A stretch of DNA of 54,302 nt from an uncultured Deinococcaceae bacterium (GCA_964252075.1 CAXULY010000036.1:1-54302); one strand, 5' to 3'; counted from the stretch's first letter, positions 14,213 through 25,714 are shown. The notes: a model not told the origin generated them from the sequence alone. Numbers and translations are program-made.

Positions 14213-14229
14213 TTATGCATTAAACATAA
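14213..14229. promoter_or_regulatory. RDRM (radiation/desiccation response motif, DdrO operator) upstream of gyrA
   Basis: TTATGCATTAAACATAA 17-bp palindrome; gyrA is an established RDR regulon member. Confidence 0.9.
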
Positions 14230-14251
14230 CAAGGCCAGCGCCGCACCGACA

Positions 14252-14283
14252 CAAAAAGGGGCGGCGCCCCCAGGCACCGCCCC
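14252..14283 (-). terminator. Terminator of the rpsP-trmD-LonN run
   Basis: GGGGCGGTGCC..GGCGCCGCCCC followed by TTTTT on the minus strand. Confidence 0.75.
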
Positions 14284-14299
14284 ACCGCACGACCGGACC

Positions 14300-14899
14300 T
14301 CAGTTCAAGGTGCGGCTGTCCCCCGGCACCCAGCCCAGCAGCAGTTCCAGACGCTCCACGAGGCTCGCCGCCATGAGCGCCTGCTCACGCTGATCCGCCG
14401 TGATGGGCAGCAGGACCGCCGCGTAAGACGCCAGCACCAGCGGATCGCTGGGCGCGCTCGCGTGAATCTGCTGCGCGTCCGCCGGGCGCGCCGCCTCCAC
14501 ACCCGCCAGCAAAGTGCGAGAGAGCGCGGCTGCCACCTCCTCGTCGCTGGGCGCCAGCGGCAGGTCATTCACGTTCGCCTGCAGGAAACTGCGGGAGGTG
14601 TCAAAGGACTGCACCTCGAACCGCTCCCCCCCCTGGATCAGGATGCTTGCGGAGCCGTCCTCGTGCTCCATCACCTCGCGCAGGTGCGCGTACGTCCCCC
14701 AGCGCGTCACGCGGTCCAGGAACGGCTCGTTGCCCTCCGCCGCCCCACGCGTGATGCGGATGATGCCAAAAGGCTCCCCGCTGGCGCGCACCTGCGCCAG
14801 CAGCTCACGGTAGCGCGGCTCGAAGACGTACAGCGGCACCACCAGACCGGGCATCAAGACCACATTGGGAAGCGGAAACAACGGCAGGAGCACACCCAT
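14300..14899 (-). CDS. LON peptidase substrate-binding (Lon N-terminal) domain protein
   Basis: LPLFPLPNVVLMPGLVVPLYVFEPRYRELL; no ATPase or protease domain. Confidence 0.85.
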   Translation of the reverse strand: MGVLLPLFPLPNVVLMPGLVVPLYVFEPRYRELLAQVRASGEPFGIIRITRGAAEGNEPFLDRVTRWGTYAHLREVMEHEDGSASILIQGGERFEVQSFDTSRSFLQANVNDLPLAPSDEEVAAALSRTLLAGVEAARPADAQQIHASAPSDPLVLASYAAVLLPITADQREQALMAASLVERLELLLGWVPGDSRTLN

Positions 14900-14974
14900 A
14901 TGCTGGGCCCTCACCAGACCCTGAACTTCAAGAAGGGTTACACAAGCACCGTGCGGTGCGGCACAGAGCGCGCG

Positions 14975-15766
14975 CTACGCGCCGCGCTTCACCCGGCGTC
15001 GTTTCGGCGCTGGGGGCGGCGGCGCGCCCCACGCCGCGAGCTGCTCCGGCGTGACCCCCAGGTCCAGCAGGGTGGCGCTGTCCTGAGGTGTGAGGCCCGC
15101 GTGCGCCAGCAGGTCCGGGCGGCGCGCGAGGGTGCGCGCCAGCGCCTGCGCACGCCGCCACCCCGCGATGGCCGCGTGGTTGCCGCCCGCCAGCACCTCC
15201 GGCACCGCCTCGCCGCGAAACTCCGGCGGGCGGGTGTACTCCGGGTAATCCAGCAGGCCGCTGGAGAAGCTGTCCTGACGGTGCGAGTCCGCGTCGCCCA
15301 GCACGCCCGGCACGAGGCGCGCCACGGCCTCCAGAAGGCACGCGGCGGCGGCCTCGCCGCCCATCAGCACGAAGTCCCCCACGCTGTACTCGCGCGTCAC
15401 CAGGGACTCCACCCGCGCGTCGAAGCCCTCGTACCGACCGCACAGCAGCGCGATGTGCCGCTTCGTGGAGAGCACCTCGGCGTCGCGCTGCGTGAAGGGC
15501 GTCCCGGCGGGCGTCAGCAGGATCACCTCGTCCGGCGTGCCAACGCTCGCCAGGGAGCGCTCCACCACGTCCGCGCGGATCACCATGCCCGCGCCGCCCC
15601 CGTACGGGGTGTCGTCCACCTTGCGGTGCTTGTTGCCGGCGTACTCCCGCATGTCCGTCACGTCGAAGGCCACGAGGCCCCGCTGGGCGGCCTTGCCGAG
15701 CAGCGCCTCGCGCGTGAAGGGCGCGAGCAGCTCCGGGAACAGCGTCAGCAGTGAGAAGCGCAGCAC
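14975..15766 (-). CDS. trmD: tRNA (guanine37-N1)-methyltransferase
   Basis: [43 protein letters not shown]. Confidence 0.97.
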   Translation of the reverse strand: MLRFSLLTLFPELLAPFTREALLGKAAQRGLVAFDVTDMREYAGNKHRKVDDTPYGGGAGMVIRADVVERSLASVGTPDEVILLTPAGTPFTQRDAEVLSTKRHIALLCGRYEGFDARVESLVTREYSVGDFVLMGGEAAAACLLEAVARLVPGVLGDADSHRQDSFSSGLLDYPEYTRPPEFRGEAVPEVLAGGNHAAIAGWRRAQALARTLARRPDLLAHAGLTPQDSATLLDLGVTPEQLAAWGAPPPPAPKRRRVKRGA

Positions 15767-16297
15767 CTACGCGCCGTCCCCGCTCACGCCGTCCAGGTCG
15801 TCCAGCAGGCCGGGCGGGGCGTCCAGCACGATGGCCTCACCCCGGCGCACCTCCACGTACGGTGCCTGCAGAGGCACCAGCGCCGTGCGCGCGCCGCGCC
15901 GCACCACCAGCAGGTCCTGAAACCCGGTGTCCTGCACGTCCTCCACCTCGCCCAGCGCCTCGCCGCCCGGCGCGCGCACCGGCAGGCCCCGCAGCTCATG
16001 GTAGTAGTACTCGTCGTCGGGCAGGGCCGGCAGTTCATTCTCGTGCGCGTACACCTGCCGCCCCGTGAGGCGCCCGGCAGCCTCGCGGCTCCCGACGCCC
16101 AGCAGGTCCAGCAGCACGCCCGGCCCGTGACGCGAAACGCCGTTCACGCGGCGCCAGCCCAGGCCCTCGACCTGCACGCGCGTGAGGCCCAGCAGCTGAT
16201 CCGGGTCGCCCAGCACGAAGAGCCGCAGGGCGCCCATGACGCCCTGCGGGCCCAGCACGTGCCCAACGAGGATGAGTTCAGTGGAAGGATCAGTCAT
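15767..16297 (-). CDS. rimM: 16S rRNA processing protein RimM
   Basis: GPQGVMGAL, LPALPDDEYYYHELRGL; located between khpA and trmD. Confidence 0.92.
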   Translation of the reverse strand: MTDPSTELILVGHVLGPQGVMGALRLFVLGDPDQLLGLTRVQVEGLGWRRVNGVSRHGPGVLLDLLGVGSREAAGRLTGRQVYAHENELPALPDDEYYYHELRGLPVRAPGGEALGEVEDVQDTGFQDLLVVRRGARTALVPLQAPYVEVRRGEAIVLDAPPGLLDDLDGVSGDGA

Positions 16298-16408
16298 GAC
16301 GTTCGCGGTCCTGTCTGTGCGTTCGGGCGCTCCACCCCAGCTGCGCACAGGGCAGCGGGGGGCATGGCACAGCGGGCGACCGTGAGGCCGCCCGCTGGGA
16401 TCACCATC

Positions 16409-16651
16409 CTACTTCTCGCGCCTTGGGGCGTCCAGGTCCACGCTCACGCGCTCGCCCGGGTCGCTCACCGCGCGCACGAGGGTGCGGATCGCCTGAATCA
16501 CGCGGCCCTGCCGCCCGATCAGGCGGCCTTCCTCGCCGGGGGCCACCCGCAGCAGGACGGTGTGCCCGCGCATGCCCGCGCGCACCAGCGACGGCTGGTC
16601 CACCACGCTCTGCGCGAGGTACAGGGCCAGGTCGCTGGGGTCGGTTTTCAT
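16409..16651 (-). CDS. khpA: KH domain RNA-binding protein (KhpA/YlqC)
   Basis: GRLIGRQGRVIQAIRT; conserved position after rpsP. Confidence 0.9.
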   Translation of the reverse strand: MKTDPSDLALYLAQSVVDQPSLVRAGMRGHTVLLRVAPGEEGRLIGRQGRVIQAIRTLVRAVSDPGERVSVDLDAPRREK

Positions 16652-16917
16652 CAGGCCTCGGTCACCGGGGCGGGCTTGAACGCACCCTGACTCTTCAGGA
16701 GGCGGCGCACGGTGTCGGTGGGCTGGGCGCCCTTCGCCATCCAGGCGAGCGCGCGCTCCACGTCGAGCTTCAGGTACTCAGCGGTGGTCTTGCGGGGGTC
16801 GTAGTGACCCAGGCTCTCGATGTAGCCGCCGTCACGGGGACGGCGCACGTCGGCGACGACGATGCGGTAGTGGGGGTTGTGCTTGGAACCAAAGCGGGAC
16901 AGACGAATTTTAACCAT
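16651..16917 (-). CDS. rpsP: 30S ribosomal protein S16
   Basis: [35 protein letters not shown]. Confidence 0.98.
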   Translation of the reverse strand: MVKIRLSRFGSKHNPHYRIVVADVRRPRDGGYIESLGHYDPRKTTAEYLKLDVERALAWMAKGAQPTDTVRRLLKSQGAFKPAPVTEA

Positions 16918-17029
16918 GTTCAGACATCCTATGGGGCTGAGGGTTGGTGTGTGGCGCACGCCCGTCAGCAGCCAGCCGGAACGCACCGAAGAAGTGTAGC
17001 AAAAACGGGGCGGGCGCGGCAAGCAGACG

Positions 17030-17554
17030 TCACAGCCCGACCAGCGCGAGCCGGATGTGCGCCGTGTGGTGCCGCACGTGCCACGCGTGCTTCGCGAGGA
17101 GGCGCCAGAGGTCCTGCTCGCCCTCCTGCGGGTGGCGGATGCGGCGGCTCAGCTCGCCCGGCTGCACCGCCGCGAGCAGCGCCAGCCAGCGGGTGTTGAC
17201 GCCCTCGAACACGTCCAGGGAGGGCGCGACGGGCAGCTGGTAGTCGGGCAGCCGCGCCCAGCTCGCCTCATTCATCGGGAGGATGGTGGGTTCCGCCTCC
17301 GTAAGGCCCCAGCGAAAGCGCATGAAGCCCTGCTCGTGCGCGTCCGCGAGGTGATGCACCAGCTGCCGCACCGTCCAGCCCTGCGGACGGTACCGCCGCG
17401 CGAGGGCCTCGTCGGACAGCGCGGCGGTCAGGGCGCGCAGCTCGGCGGGCGCGCCCTGCAGGGCCGCCACGTAGCTGCCCAGCAGCGCCGGGGGCGGCGC
17501 GTCCGGGCTGGGCAGCACGAGGCGCCCGATGGGGTACTGCTGGCCTTCATCCAT
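17030..17554 (-). CDS. YfiT/BstA-like DinB-family bacillithiol transferase
   Basis: [33 protein letters not shown]. Confidence 0.88.
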   Translation of the reverse strand: MDEGQQYPIGRLVLPSPDAPPPALLGSYVAALQGAPAELRALTAALSDEALARRYRPQGWTVRQLVHHLADAHEQGFMRFRWGLTEAEPTILPMNEASWARLPDYQLPVAPSLDVFEGVNTRWLALLAAVQPGELSRRIRHPQEGEQDLWRLLAKHAWHVRHHTAHIRLALVGL

Positions 17555-17581
17555 GCGCCCAGGCTACGTCAGCCTCCCGCG

Positions 17582-18346
<765 letters not shown>

Positions 18347-18352
18347 GCCCCG

Positions 18353-18385
18353 AGTGTACGGGGCGCGCGTCACGCCTCCGTTGCA
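18353..18385 (-). promoter_or_regulatory. bdhA promoter with tandem heptamer activator site
   Basis: Minus strand TGCAACG-gagg-CGTGACG-N9-TACACT-N6-ATG. Confidence 0.7.
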
Positions 18386-21363
18386 GGGCGGTCCAGGCGC
18401 AGCGCGGCGGCCAAGGCGCTGGTTTCGGGGAGGGGGTCGAGGCCGAGCGCGGCGAGCGCCGAGCGCAACGCCACGAAGGCCCGCTGCGCCCCCGCAGGGT
18501 CCGCCAGGGCGTGACGGGCGCGCATGAGCAGGCGCGCGGCGGGCTCGAAGGCAGGCTCGGCGGTCAGCGCGCGCTCCGCGAGGCGCGCCGCGACCTCCGG
18601 GTGCGCGGCCGCGAGGGCCAGCGCGGCCTCCTCGCTGAGTGCTTCGGGCAGGCGCGCCGCGTACCACGCCGCGACCTCCTCGACTTCCGGGAGGTCCAGC
18701 GCGGCGAGCTGGGCGGGCAGTTGTGCGAGCGTCACGGCCCGCCCCTCCGTGCCGGGCGCGGCGTTCAGGGCGGCGGTGGCGTCCCACCAGTCCACCTGCA
18801 GGTCCGGGCCGGGCCGCAGGCGCAGCCAGTCCCCGCGCTCCAGGAAGAAGCCCGGCGCGTCCGCCCCACCCTCCAGCAAACTGCCGAGTGCGTGCAGGAC
18901 GCTGCGGAAGTTGCGCTCGCCACCCTGCGGATCGGCCTCCGGGTACAGCGCCTCGATGAGCGCCTCACGGCTGTGCCCCTCAGGCGCGAGCACCAGCAGC
19001 GCCAGCAACTCCCGCGCGCGTGCCCGGCCCCAGTCGCGCACCTCACGCCCACCGCGCCACACCGCCAGGCGCCCCAGCAACTGCACGCGCACCGCCTCGC
19101 CGGGATGCTGCTGCGGCACCTCCGCATATCCAAGGCCACGCGCGGCCGCGCGCAGGCGCGCGCGTTCGCCGGGCGCGGCGCGCGCGAGGCGCGCCAGCAG
19201 GCCCGCGCGCGCCGCCCGGTCGCGGTGCGGGGCGAACAGACTGGGATGCGTCAGCAGGACAGGGTGGCGCTCCACGGCGTCCACGGCTGGGCCTGCCTCC
19301 CCCGCCCCCACCGCGAAGAGGGCCAGGGCCGCTGCCGCCGTCCCGAAGCTGTCCCCCACCGCAGTGAAGGCCGCGTGCGCAGTGCGCAGCTCGTGGGCCG
19401 CTTCCGCCCCGCTCCACAGGAGCCCCAGGCCGTGCACGAGGCGGACCAGGGCCGTCATGTAGCGGTCGCCGCTGGCGAGGCCCACCTCCAGCGCCTGCGC
19501 GGCGTGGGCGCCCACGCGGCCCTCCGCGGCGTCCAGGCAGGCGAGGCCCATCAGCGGCTCACAGCTCAGGCGCGGGGCGTTCAGGTCCGCCGTTAGGTCC
19601 AGCGCGCGGGCGTACGCTGCGCGCGCGCCACCCCCGTTCCCGGCGGCGAGCAGCGCGTGCCCCAGGCGGGCGTGCGCGAGCGCCTGCACGAAGGGACTCT
19701 CCAACCGCTCGCCCTCCGCGAGGCCCGCGCGCGCGCTGACCTCCGCCTCGGTCAGCTCACCGCTCAGGGCGCACACGAAGCTCTGCAGGAGCAGCGCCTC
19801 GCGGTGGTTGCCCGCCGCGCGCGCCCCACCGCGCTCCCCGCTCGCGGCGGCCCGCGCGTGCGCGAGCGCCGAGGTCAGGTCGCCGCGCCGCAGGGCATAG
19901 CGGGCGGTCCCGGCGAGGGCGGGCGCGAGCTGCAGGGCCGCCTCCAGTTCACCGGCATTCAACAGGTTCTCGGCGGTCAGCGGGACCACGTGGGCCGCGA
20001 GGGTCGGGTGGCACTCCAGCGCGGCCAGCAGGGGCGCGGCCGCCGCGGGCTGCACGGTGTCGAGGTACACCCGCGCGCGGCCCAGCAGCGCCTGCGGCTC
20101 GGGCGCGCGCGCGTACGCGGCGAGCGCCTCCGGGTACCGGGACTGCAGGCGCCGCACATCCCCCGCGAGGGCGTGCAGCGCCGGGTGCTGTGCCCACGCC
20201 TCTGGAGAGAGCTGCGGCAGCAGGCGGTCCAGCAGGCCCAGCCGGCCCTGCGCCAGCCAGCCCGCACCGTGCGACACCAGCAGCGCCGCCGCGCGCGCGT
20301 CGTCGCCCGCCGCGAGGTGCGCCGCGACCGCCTGCCGCGCCTCCCCCACCGCCTCGAAGTGCCGCGCGCCGCGCGCCGCGATGCCGCGCGCCTCGGCAGG
20401 GTCCAGGGCGGCGCGCAGATGTGCGCGCAGTAGGCCGTGCGCGCGGTAAGCGTTCGCCTCCCGCGTCAGGAAGGTGCCGCTGGCAGCGAGCGCATCCAGG
20501 TACGCGCCCGCCTCCGGCTCGCCCAGCGCCCCCTGTAGCAGCGCCGGGGTGAGGTCCTCGAAGACCGACGAGCGCGTCAGGAAGTCCCGCAGACCGGGCT
20601 CCAGTGGGCCCAGCACCTCCTGCGCGAGGTACTCGAAGAGCGCGTCCAGCGGCGGTGCGCTGCCCTGGTCGAGGGTGTCGAGCCGCACGCGGCCCTGCCC
20701 GACCGCCTGCCCCAGCAGGCGCAGCGCGATGGGCCAGCCTTCCGTGAGAACCTGCGCGCGCTGCACGCCGAGGCGCGTCGCGGCGACGCCCGCCGCGGTG
20801 AGCAGACTTCCAGTCTCGGCGCGGTCGAAGGCGAGGTCGGCGGGCCCCAGCCGCTGCGCCTCCCCGCGCGCCTCCAGCGCCGCGAGGCCCGGCAGGCGCG
20901 GCAGGGTGCGCGCGAGCAGCGCGACGCGCGGCCCGGACAGCAGTTCCCGCGCGACCTCCGCGCAGGCAGGGGCGCCCAGCACATGCGCCTCGTCCAGCAC
21001 CAGCAGGGTGCGCGCGGCCACCAGCAGGTCCGTCGCGCGGCGCGCCACCACGCGCGGCGCGGCGCCTGCATCCATCAGGTCCGCCAGCGCCGCGCCGCCC
21101 GGCAGGCCCTCCAGCGCGAGCGCCAGGCCGCCCGCCAGCACGGCGGGATCGGCGTCGTCCGGGTGAAGGGTGAGCCAGCACGCGCCGCCCAGGTCCGGGA
21201 GGTGCGCGGCGAAGGCGGTGGTCTTGCCGTACCCGGCGGGCGCGACGACCAGCAGCACGCGCGCGCCCGCGAGCGCCGCCAGCAGGCGGGGACGCGCGAT
21301 GGCGCCGCGCACCTGCGGTGGCCTCGCACGCCGCTCGGCCGTGTGGTCCCGCCAGGAGGGCAT
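18370..21363 (-). CDS. Large MalT/STAND-type regulator: P-loop NTPase, TPR-like repeats, C-terminal winged HTH and BTAD (SARP-like)
   Basis: [28 protein letters not shown]-terminal [39 protein letters not shown]; start 21363 (after TAGACT) or 21387. Confidence 0.85.
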   Translation of the reverse strand: MPSWRDHTAERRARPPQVRGAIARPRLLAALAGARVLLVVAPAGYGKTTAFAAHLPDLGGACWLTLHPDDADPAVLAGGLALALEGLPGGAALADLMDAGAAPRVVARRATDLLVAARTLLVLDEAHVLGAPACAEVARELLSGPRVALLARTLPRLPGLAALEARGEAQRLGPADLAFDRAETGSLLTAAGVAATRLGVQRAQVLTEGWPIALRLLGQAVGQGRVRLDTLDQGSAPPLDALFEYLAQEVLGPLEPGLRDFLTRSSVFEDLTPALLQGALGEPEAGAYLDALAASGTFLTREANAYRAHGLLRAHLRAALDPAEARGIAARGARHFEAVGEARQAVAAHLAAGDDARAAALLVSHGAGWLAQGRLGLLDRLLPQLSPEAWAQHPALHALAGDVRRLQSRYPEALAAYARAPEPQALLGRARVYLDTVQPAAAAPLLAALECHPTLAAHVVPLTAENLLNAGELEAALQLAPALAGTARYALRRGDLTSALAHARAAASGERGGARAAGNHREALLLQSFVCALSGELTEAEVSARAGLAEGERLESPFVQALAHARLGHALLAAGNGGGARAAYARALDLTADLNAPRLSCEPLMGLACLDAAEGRVGAHAAQALEVGLASGDRYMTALVRLVHGLGLLWSGAEAAHELRTAHAAFTAVGDSFGTAAAALALFAVGAGEAGPAVDAVERHPVLLTHPSLFAPHRDRAARAGLLARLARAAPGERARLRAAARGLGYAEVPQQHPGEAVRVQLLGRLAVWRGGREVRDWGRARARELLALLVLAPEGHSREALIEALYPEADPQGGERNFRSVLHALGSLLEGGADAPGFFLERGDWLRLRPGPDLQVDWWDATAALNAAPGTEGRAVTLAQLPAQLAALDLPEVEEVAAWYAARLPEALSEEAALALAAAHPEVAARLAERALTAEPAFEPAARLLMRARHALADPAGAQRAFVALRSALAALGLDPLPETSALAAALRLDRPATEA

Positions 21364-21393
21364 GTGCCTGAAGTCTAGCGCCGCCATCCCCCC

Positions 21394-22107
21394 TTACAGC
21401 GCGAGGTACGCGGCGCGCACCGCCGGGTCGTGCAGCAGCGCGCCCGCCTCGCCCTCGCGCATCACGCGGCCGTTCTCCAGCACGTAGGCGCGCGTGGCGA
21501 GGCGCAGGCTCTGCGCGACGTTCTGCTCGACCAGCAGCACGCCCACGCCCTCCTCGTTCACGCGCCGGAGCGCCCCGAACAGCACCTGCGTCATGAGGGG
21601 CGAGAGGCCCAGGCTGGGTTCGTCCACCAGCAGCAGGCGCGGGCGGCTCATGAGGGCGCGGCCCACCGCGACCATCTGCTGCTCGCCGCCCGACAGGGTG
21701 CCCGCAAGCTGCCCGGCGCGCTCCGCGAGGCGCGGGAAGAGCGCGTACACGGCCTTCAGGGTGCTGACCTGGGCGGCCTTCGCCTCGGCGCGCACGCTGG
21801 CGCCCAGCTCCAGGTTCTCGCGCACGGTCATGGCGGGGAACAGCTCGCGGCCCTCCGGGACGTGCCCCAGCCCCATCCGCACGAGCTGGGTGGGTGTGGC
21901 GCGCGTGACGTCCTGGCCGTCCAGCCACACGCGCCCGCTGGTGGCGCGCAGCAGGCCCGACACGGTGCGCAGGGTGGTGGTCTTGCCCGCGCCGTTCGCG
22001 CCGATCACCGCGACGAACTCGCCGGGCGCGACGCGCAGGTGCACGTCCCACAGCACCTGCACCTTCCCGTACCCGGCGGACAGGCCCTCGATGCGCAGCT
22101 CAGCCAT
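21394..22107 (-). CDS. ABC transporter ATP-binding protein (LivF-like)
   Basis: GANGAGKTT, VPEGRELF, LSGGEQQM, DEPSLGL. Confidence 0.92.
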   Translation of the reverse strand: MAELRIEGLSAGYGKVQVLWDVHLRVAPGEFVAVIGANGAGKTTTLRTVSGLLRATSGRVWLDGQDVTRATPTQLVRMGLGHVPEGRELFPAMTVRENLELGASVRAEAKAAQVSTLKAVYALFPRLAERAGQLAGTLSGGEQQMVAVGRALMSRPRLLLVDEPSLGLSPLMTQVLFGALRRVNEEGVGVLLVEQNVAQSLRLATRAYVLENGRVMREGEAGALLHDPAVRAAYLAL

Positions 22108-22852
22108 GCGCCGCTCCCTCGGGCACCTCGGTGCCCAGGTAGGCGCTCACCACGCGGGGGTCCGCGACCACCTCCTGGTAGCGGCCCTGCGCGATCACCT
22201 GCCCGGCGTCCATGACGACCACGCGGTCCGCGAGGTCCCGCACGACCGGCATGATGTGCTCGATGAACAGCACGCTCACGCCGCCCGCGCGGACGTCCTG
22301 TACCAGCGCGACGGCCTCCTGCGATTCGGTGGGGCGCAGGCCCGCCATCACCTCGTCCAGCAGCAGCACCTGCGGGCGGGTGGCGAGGGCGCGCGCGACC
22401 TCCAGGCGCTTGTCCTGCAGCAGCGTGAGTTCGTGCGCGGGGCGGTGCGCCTGCGGCGCGAGGCCGGTCTGTGCGAGGAGCGCCCAGGCCCGCTCGCGCG
22501 CCGCGGCGAGGGTGGTGCCGGGCGTGCCGAACAGCGCGCCGACCGTGACATTCTCAAACACCGTCATCTCCGGGAAGGGCCGCACGATCTGGAAGGCGCG
22601 GCCCAGCCCCAGATGGCAGCGCGCCTCCATGCTGGCGCGCGTCACGTCGCGGCCCAGCAGTTCCAGCGTGCCGGTGGTGGGGCGGTACACGCCGGACAGC
22701 AAGTTCAGCAGGGTGGTCTTGCCCGCGCCGTTCGGCCCGATGACCGCGAGGATCTCGCCGCGCTGCAATTCGAAGCTCACGCCGGACACCGCCGCGAGGC
22801 CCCCGAAGCGCTTCCCGAGGCCCTGCGCGCGCAGGACGGGCGCGGCCGTCAC
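22100..22852 (-). CDS. ABC transporter ATP-binding protein (LivG-like)
   Basis: KRFGGLAAV, GPNGAGKTT, LLLDEVMAGL, AYLG; GTG start overlaps upstream stop. Confidence 0.9.
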   Translation of the reverse strand: MTAAPVLRAQGLGKRFGGLAAVSGVSFELQRGEILAVIGPNGAGKTTLLNLLSGVYRPTTGTLELLGRDVTRASMEARCHLGLGRAFQIVRPFPEMTVFENVTVGALFGTPGTTLAAARERAWALLAQTGLAPQAHRPAHELTLLQDKRLEVARALATRPQVLLLDEVMAGLRPTESQEAVALVQDVRAGGVSVLFIEHIMPVVRDLADRVVVMDAGQVIAQGRYQEVVADPRVVSAYLGTEVPEGAAHG

Positions 22853-23814
22853 AGGTCCTCCCGGCGCCGCCCGCGGCGCAGCAGGCCCATCAGGCCACGC
22901 GGCAGCCACAGGATGCTGAGGATTAGCACCAGGCCGTACACGACGAGGTAGCCCTGTTGTAGGTGACTGTGCAGCAGTTCCTCCGCGACGCGCAGCACGG
23001 CGGCGCCCAGCACCGGCCCGAGGGTCGTGCCGAGTCCCCCGAAGATGCTGGTCGTGAGGGGCGCGATGCTGTTCGCGACGCTGAAGGTGTCCAGCGGGTT
23101 GATGAAGAAGGTCTTGCCTGCGTACAGCACGCCCGCGAGCGCCGCGAGGAAGCTGCTGAGCGCGAAGGCCACGAGTTTCATGCGCACGACCGGCACGCCC
23201 AGCACGCGCGCGACCTCCTCGCCCTGCCGGATGGCGGCGAAGGCGTAGTGCAGCCGGGAGAGGCGCACCAGCACGCTCACAATGACCGCGAGGAGCAGCA
23301 CGGCGAGCGCCAGGAAGTACTGCGCGCGCGCCTGCCCGCCCAGCAGCGCCGGGACGAGCAGGCCGGTCGCGCCGCCCGCGAAGCCCTCCGGGAGGTTCTG
23401 CACGATGGTGCGCGTGACCTCCGTGAAGGCCAGCGTGGCGATCGCGAAGTAGATGCCGTTCAGGCGCAGCGTGACGGCGCCCAGCAGCAGGCTCACCAGC
23501 GCGGCGATCACGGCGGCGAGCGGCATGGCGAGCCACCACGCCAGCCCGGCCTTCTGCAGGATGGCGAAGCCGTACGCGCCCAGGCCGTAGAAGGCGGCGT
23601 GCGCGAGGCTCACCTGCCCGCTGCGCGCCAGGATGTCCCAGCTGAGCGCCAGGATGCCCGCCACGACCGTGAAGAAGGCGATCTGCAGCAGGTACTCCGC
23701 GCGGTCCCCGAGCGGCAGGAAGGGAAAGAGCGCGCCCAGCAGCAGCACCAGCGCGAGCGGCCACACGCCGCGCCAGCGTGTGGCCGCTCGCGCCTGAACG
23801 GGCAGGGCGCTCAC
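22849..23814 (-). CDS. ABC transporter permease (LivM-like)
   Basis: GQVSLAHAAFYGLGAY, LRLNGIYFAIATLAF, GGLGTTLGPVLG. Confidence 0.9.
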   Translation of the reverse strand: MSALPVQARAATRWRGVWPLALVLLLGALFPFLPLGDRAEYLLQIAFFTVVAGILALSWDILARSGQVSLAHAAFYGLGAYGFAILQKAGLAWWLAMPLAAVIAALVSLLLGAVTLRLNGIYFAIATLAFTEVTRTIVQNLPEGFAGGATGLLVPALLGGQARAQYFLALAVLLLAVIVSVLVRLSRLHYAFAAIRQGEEVARVLGVPVVRMKLVAFALSSFLAALAGVLYAGKTFFINPLDTFSVANSIAPLTTSIFGGLGTTLGPVLGAAVLRVAEELLHSHLQQGYLVVYGLVLILSILWLPRGLMGLLRRGRRREDL

Positions 23815-24674
23815 TTGCGCGCCCCGCGCCACGAGCGCCACACCAGCGTCGCGAAGATCATCAGGAAGAACACCGCGTCGCTCCAGCCGCCCCCGCCGGG
23901 CACATAGGTCTGCACGAGCGCCTCGCTGACGCCCAGCACCACGCTCGCCCACAGCACGCCCGTGAGGTTCCCGAGGCCCGCCATCACGATGATCGCGAAG
24001 GCCTTCAGCGCGAACACCAGCCCCACCGACGGGCTCGCGAACAGCAGCACCGCCACCAGCACGCCCGCGACCGCCGCGAGCGCCGACGCGATGCCGAAGG
24101 CGATCAGGTACACGCGGTCCACGTCGATGCCGATCAGCGCCGAACCGCGGCGGTTCTGCGCGACGGCGCGCATCTGGCGGCCCAGGGTGGTGCGGTACAG
24201 CACGAGGTACAGCCCCCCGAGGAGCGCGGCGGCCAGCACGAAGGCCAGCAGTTTCGGCAGGCCGACGGACAGGCCCGCAAGGCCCACGCTGCTGCCCTGG
24301 TACGCGGTGCTGACGGTGCGGGTGCCCGCGCCGAACAGCAGCAGCGCGAGGTTCTGCAGCAGGATGGAGATGCCGAAGGTGAGCAGCATCTGGTTGAGTT
24401 CCGGGGCGAGCAGCACGTGCCGGATGGTGACGCGGTACGTGAGCGCGCCCGCCGCGAACACCGCGAGCGCCGCGACGGGCACGGAGATCAGGGGGTCCAC
24501 GCCCAGGTACGCGCTGAGGCCCCACGCGATAAACGCCCCCACCATCAGGAACTCGCCGTGCGCGAAGTTCACGATGCCCACCACGCCCACCGCGAGCGCC
24601 AGGCCGCTCGCCACGAGGGCGTACAGGCCGCTCTGCAGCAGCCCGTTCAGGAGGGTCTGGAGGAACAGGTTCAT
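23811..24674 (-). CDS. ABC transporter permease (LivH-like)
   Basis: NGLLQSGLYALVASGL..VNFAHGEF, GRQMRAVAQN. Confidence 0.9.
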   Translation of the reverse strand: MNLFLQTLLNGLLQSGLYALVASGLALAVGVVGIVNFAHGEFLMVGAFIAWGLSAYLGVDPLISVPVAALAVFAAGALTYRVTIRHVLLAPELNQMLLTFGISILLQNLALLLFGAGTRTVSTAYQGSSVGLAGLSVGLPKLLAFVLAAALLGGLYLVLYRTTLGRQMRAVAQNRRGSALIGIDVDRVYLIAFGIASALAAVAGVLVAVLLFASPSVGLVFALKAFAIIVMAGLGNLTGVLWASVVLGVSEALVQTYVPGGGGWSDAVFFLMIFATLVWRSWRGARK

Positions 24675-25714
24675 CAGCCGAGCTGCTCCGTGAAGGCCGC
24701 GAGGAAGGCGTCGGGCGCTTCCAGGAAGGGCGAGTGCCCCACGCCGGGCAGCACGAGTTCCCGCACTCGCCCGCCGCGTGCGCGGTAGCGGTCCAGCACC
24801 GCGCGCGTCTGGGTGACCATGGGTTGCGGGGGGCAGGTGTCCGCGCCGGGCCAGCCGGGCACCGCGCCGAGCTGCCCGAGCTGCGCGAGGTCGAAGAGGC
24901 TGGCGTCGGACACGATGGCGTCCGCGTCGCCGCGCACCCACAGCACCGGGGGCTTTGGCGCGAGGTCCGCGAAGGCTGCGAGGTTCATGTGCGCGGGGCT
25001 GAAGGCGTTCGCGACGCCGCGCGTGCCGGGCGCCACGAAGGGCCAGTGTGGGCTGGCCTGCTGGTCGCCGGGGTAGAAGTCGTCGCCGGTGCGCGTGTCG
25101 AGCATGCCGGTCAGGTACGCCTCCTCGCGCTCGGGGCTGGGCTGGAAGTGCGCGGCGTTGAAGTAGAACTGCCGCATCACCATGCGGGGGCTGCCGGGTT
25201 GGTCGCTGCGGTCGCCCGCCGCGACGGCGCGCACGAAATCGGCGTTCACGGTGCCGCCCCCAGACCCCGCGAAGTCCGCGGTGTTCGGCGCGCCGTCCAC
25301 GCCGTGCGTGCCGCCGAACCCGAAGGGGCTGACGGGCGCGATTAGGGTGAGGCCGTCCACGCGCGCCGCGTGGTCCACGGCGAACTGCAGGATGACACCG
25401 CCCCCGAGGCTCCAGCCGAGCAGGTGCGCGCTGTCCCAGCCGAGGGCGTCCATCAGCGCGGCGAGGTCATCCGACCAGTCGCGCAGGCCGCGCGTCGCGT
25501 CGATGCCGAGCGCCTCCGTGCCGCCGTACCCGCGCAGATCCGGCGCGACCGCGTGCACGTCCGCGGGGAGGACCTCCATGAGGTCCTCGAAGAACACGCC
25601 GCTCGACACGTTCCCGTGCACCAGCAGCGCGCGCCGCCGCGCCTCGCCCCGCGCGGGCCGCTCGCGCAGGTGCGTGCGCAGGCGCGCGGTCTCCACCTCG
25701 CGCCGCGCGATCAC
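24674..25714 (-). CDS. Alpha/beta hydrolase inside the ABC operon (PhaZ/3HB-oligomer hydrolase-like)
   Basis: VHGNVSS, PDLRGYG, lipase box GWSLG, D in GDADAIV, GHSP; no signal peptide. Confidence 0.8.
   Translation of the reverse strand: MIARREVETARLRTHLRERPARGEARRRALLVHGNVSSGVFFEDLMEVLPADVHAVAPDLRGYGGTEALGIDATRGLRDWSDDLAALMDALGWDSAHLLGWSLGGGVILQFAVDHAARVDGLTLIAPVSPFGFGGTHGVDGAPNTADFAGSGGGTVNADFVRAVAAGDRSDQPGSPRMVMRQFYFNAAHFQPSPEREEAYLTGMLDTRTGDDFYPGDQQASPHWPFVAPGTRGVANAFSPAHMNLAAFADLAPKPPVLWVRGDADAIVSDASLFDLAQLGQLGAVPGWPGADTCPPQPMVTQTRAVLDRYRARGGRVRELVLPGVGHSPFLEAPDAFLAAFTEQLG

Noticed and set aside
18370..21363. STAND NTPase-TPR protein as an Avs-type anti-phage system
   Set aside because: It has a DNA-binding/BTAD output rather than a nuclease or other toxic effector, and sits in a catabolic operon with matching promoter repeats
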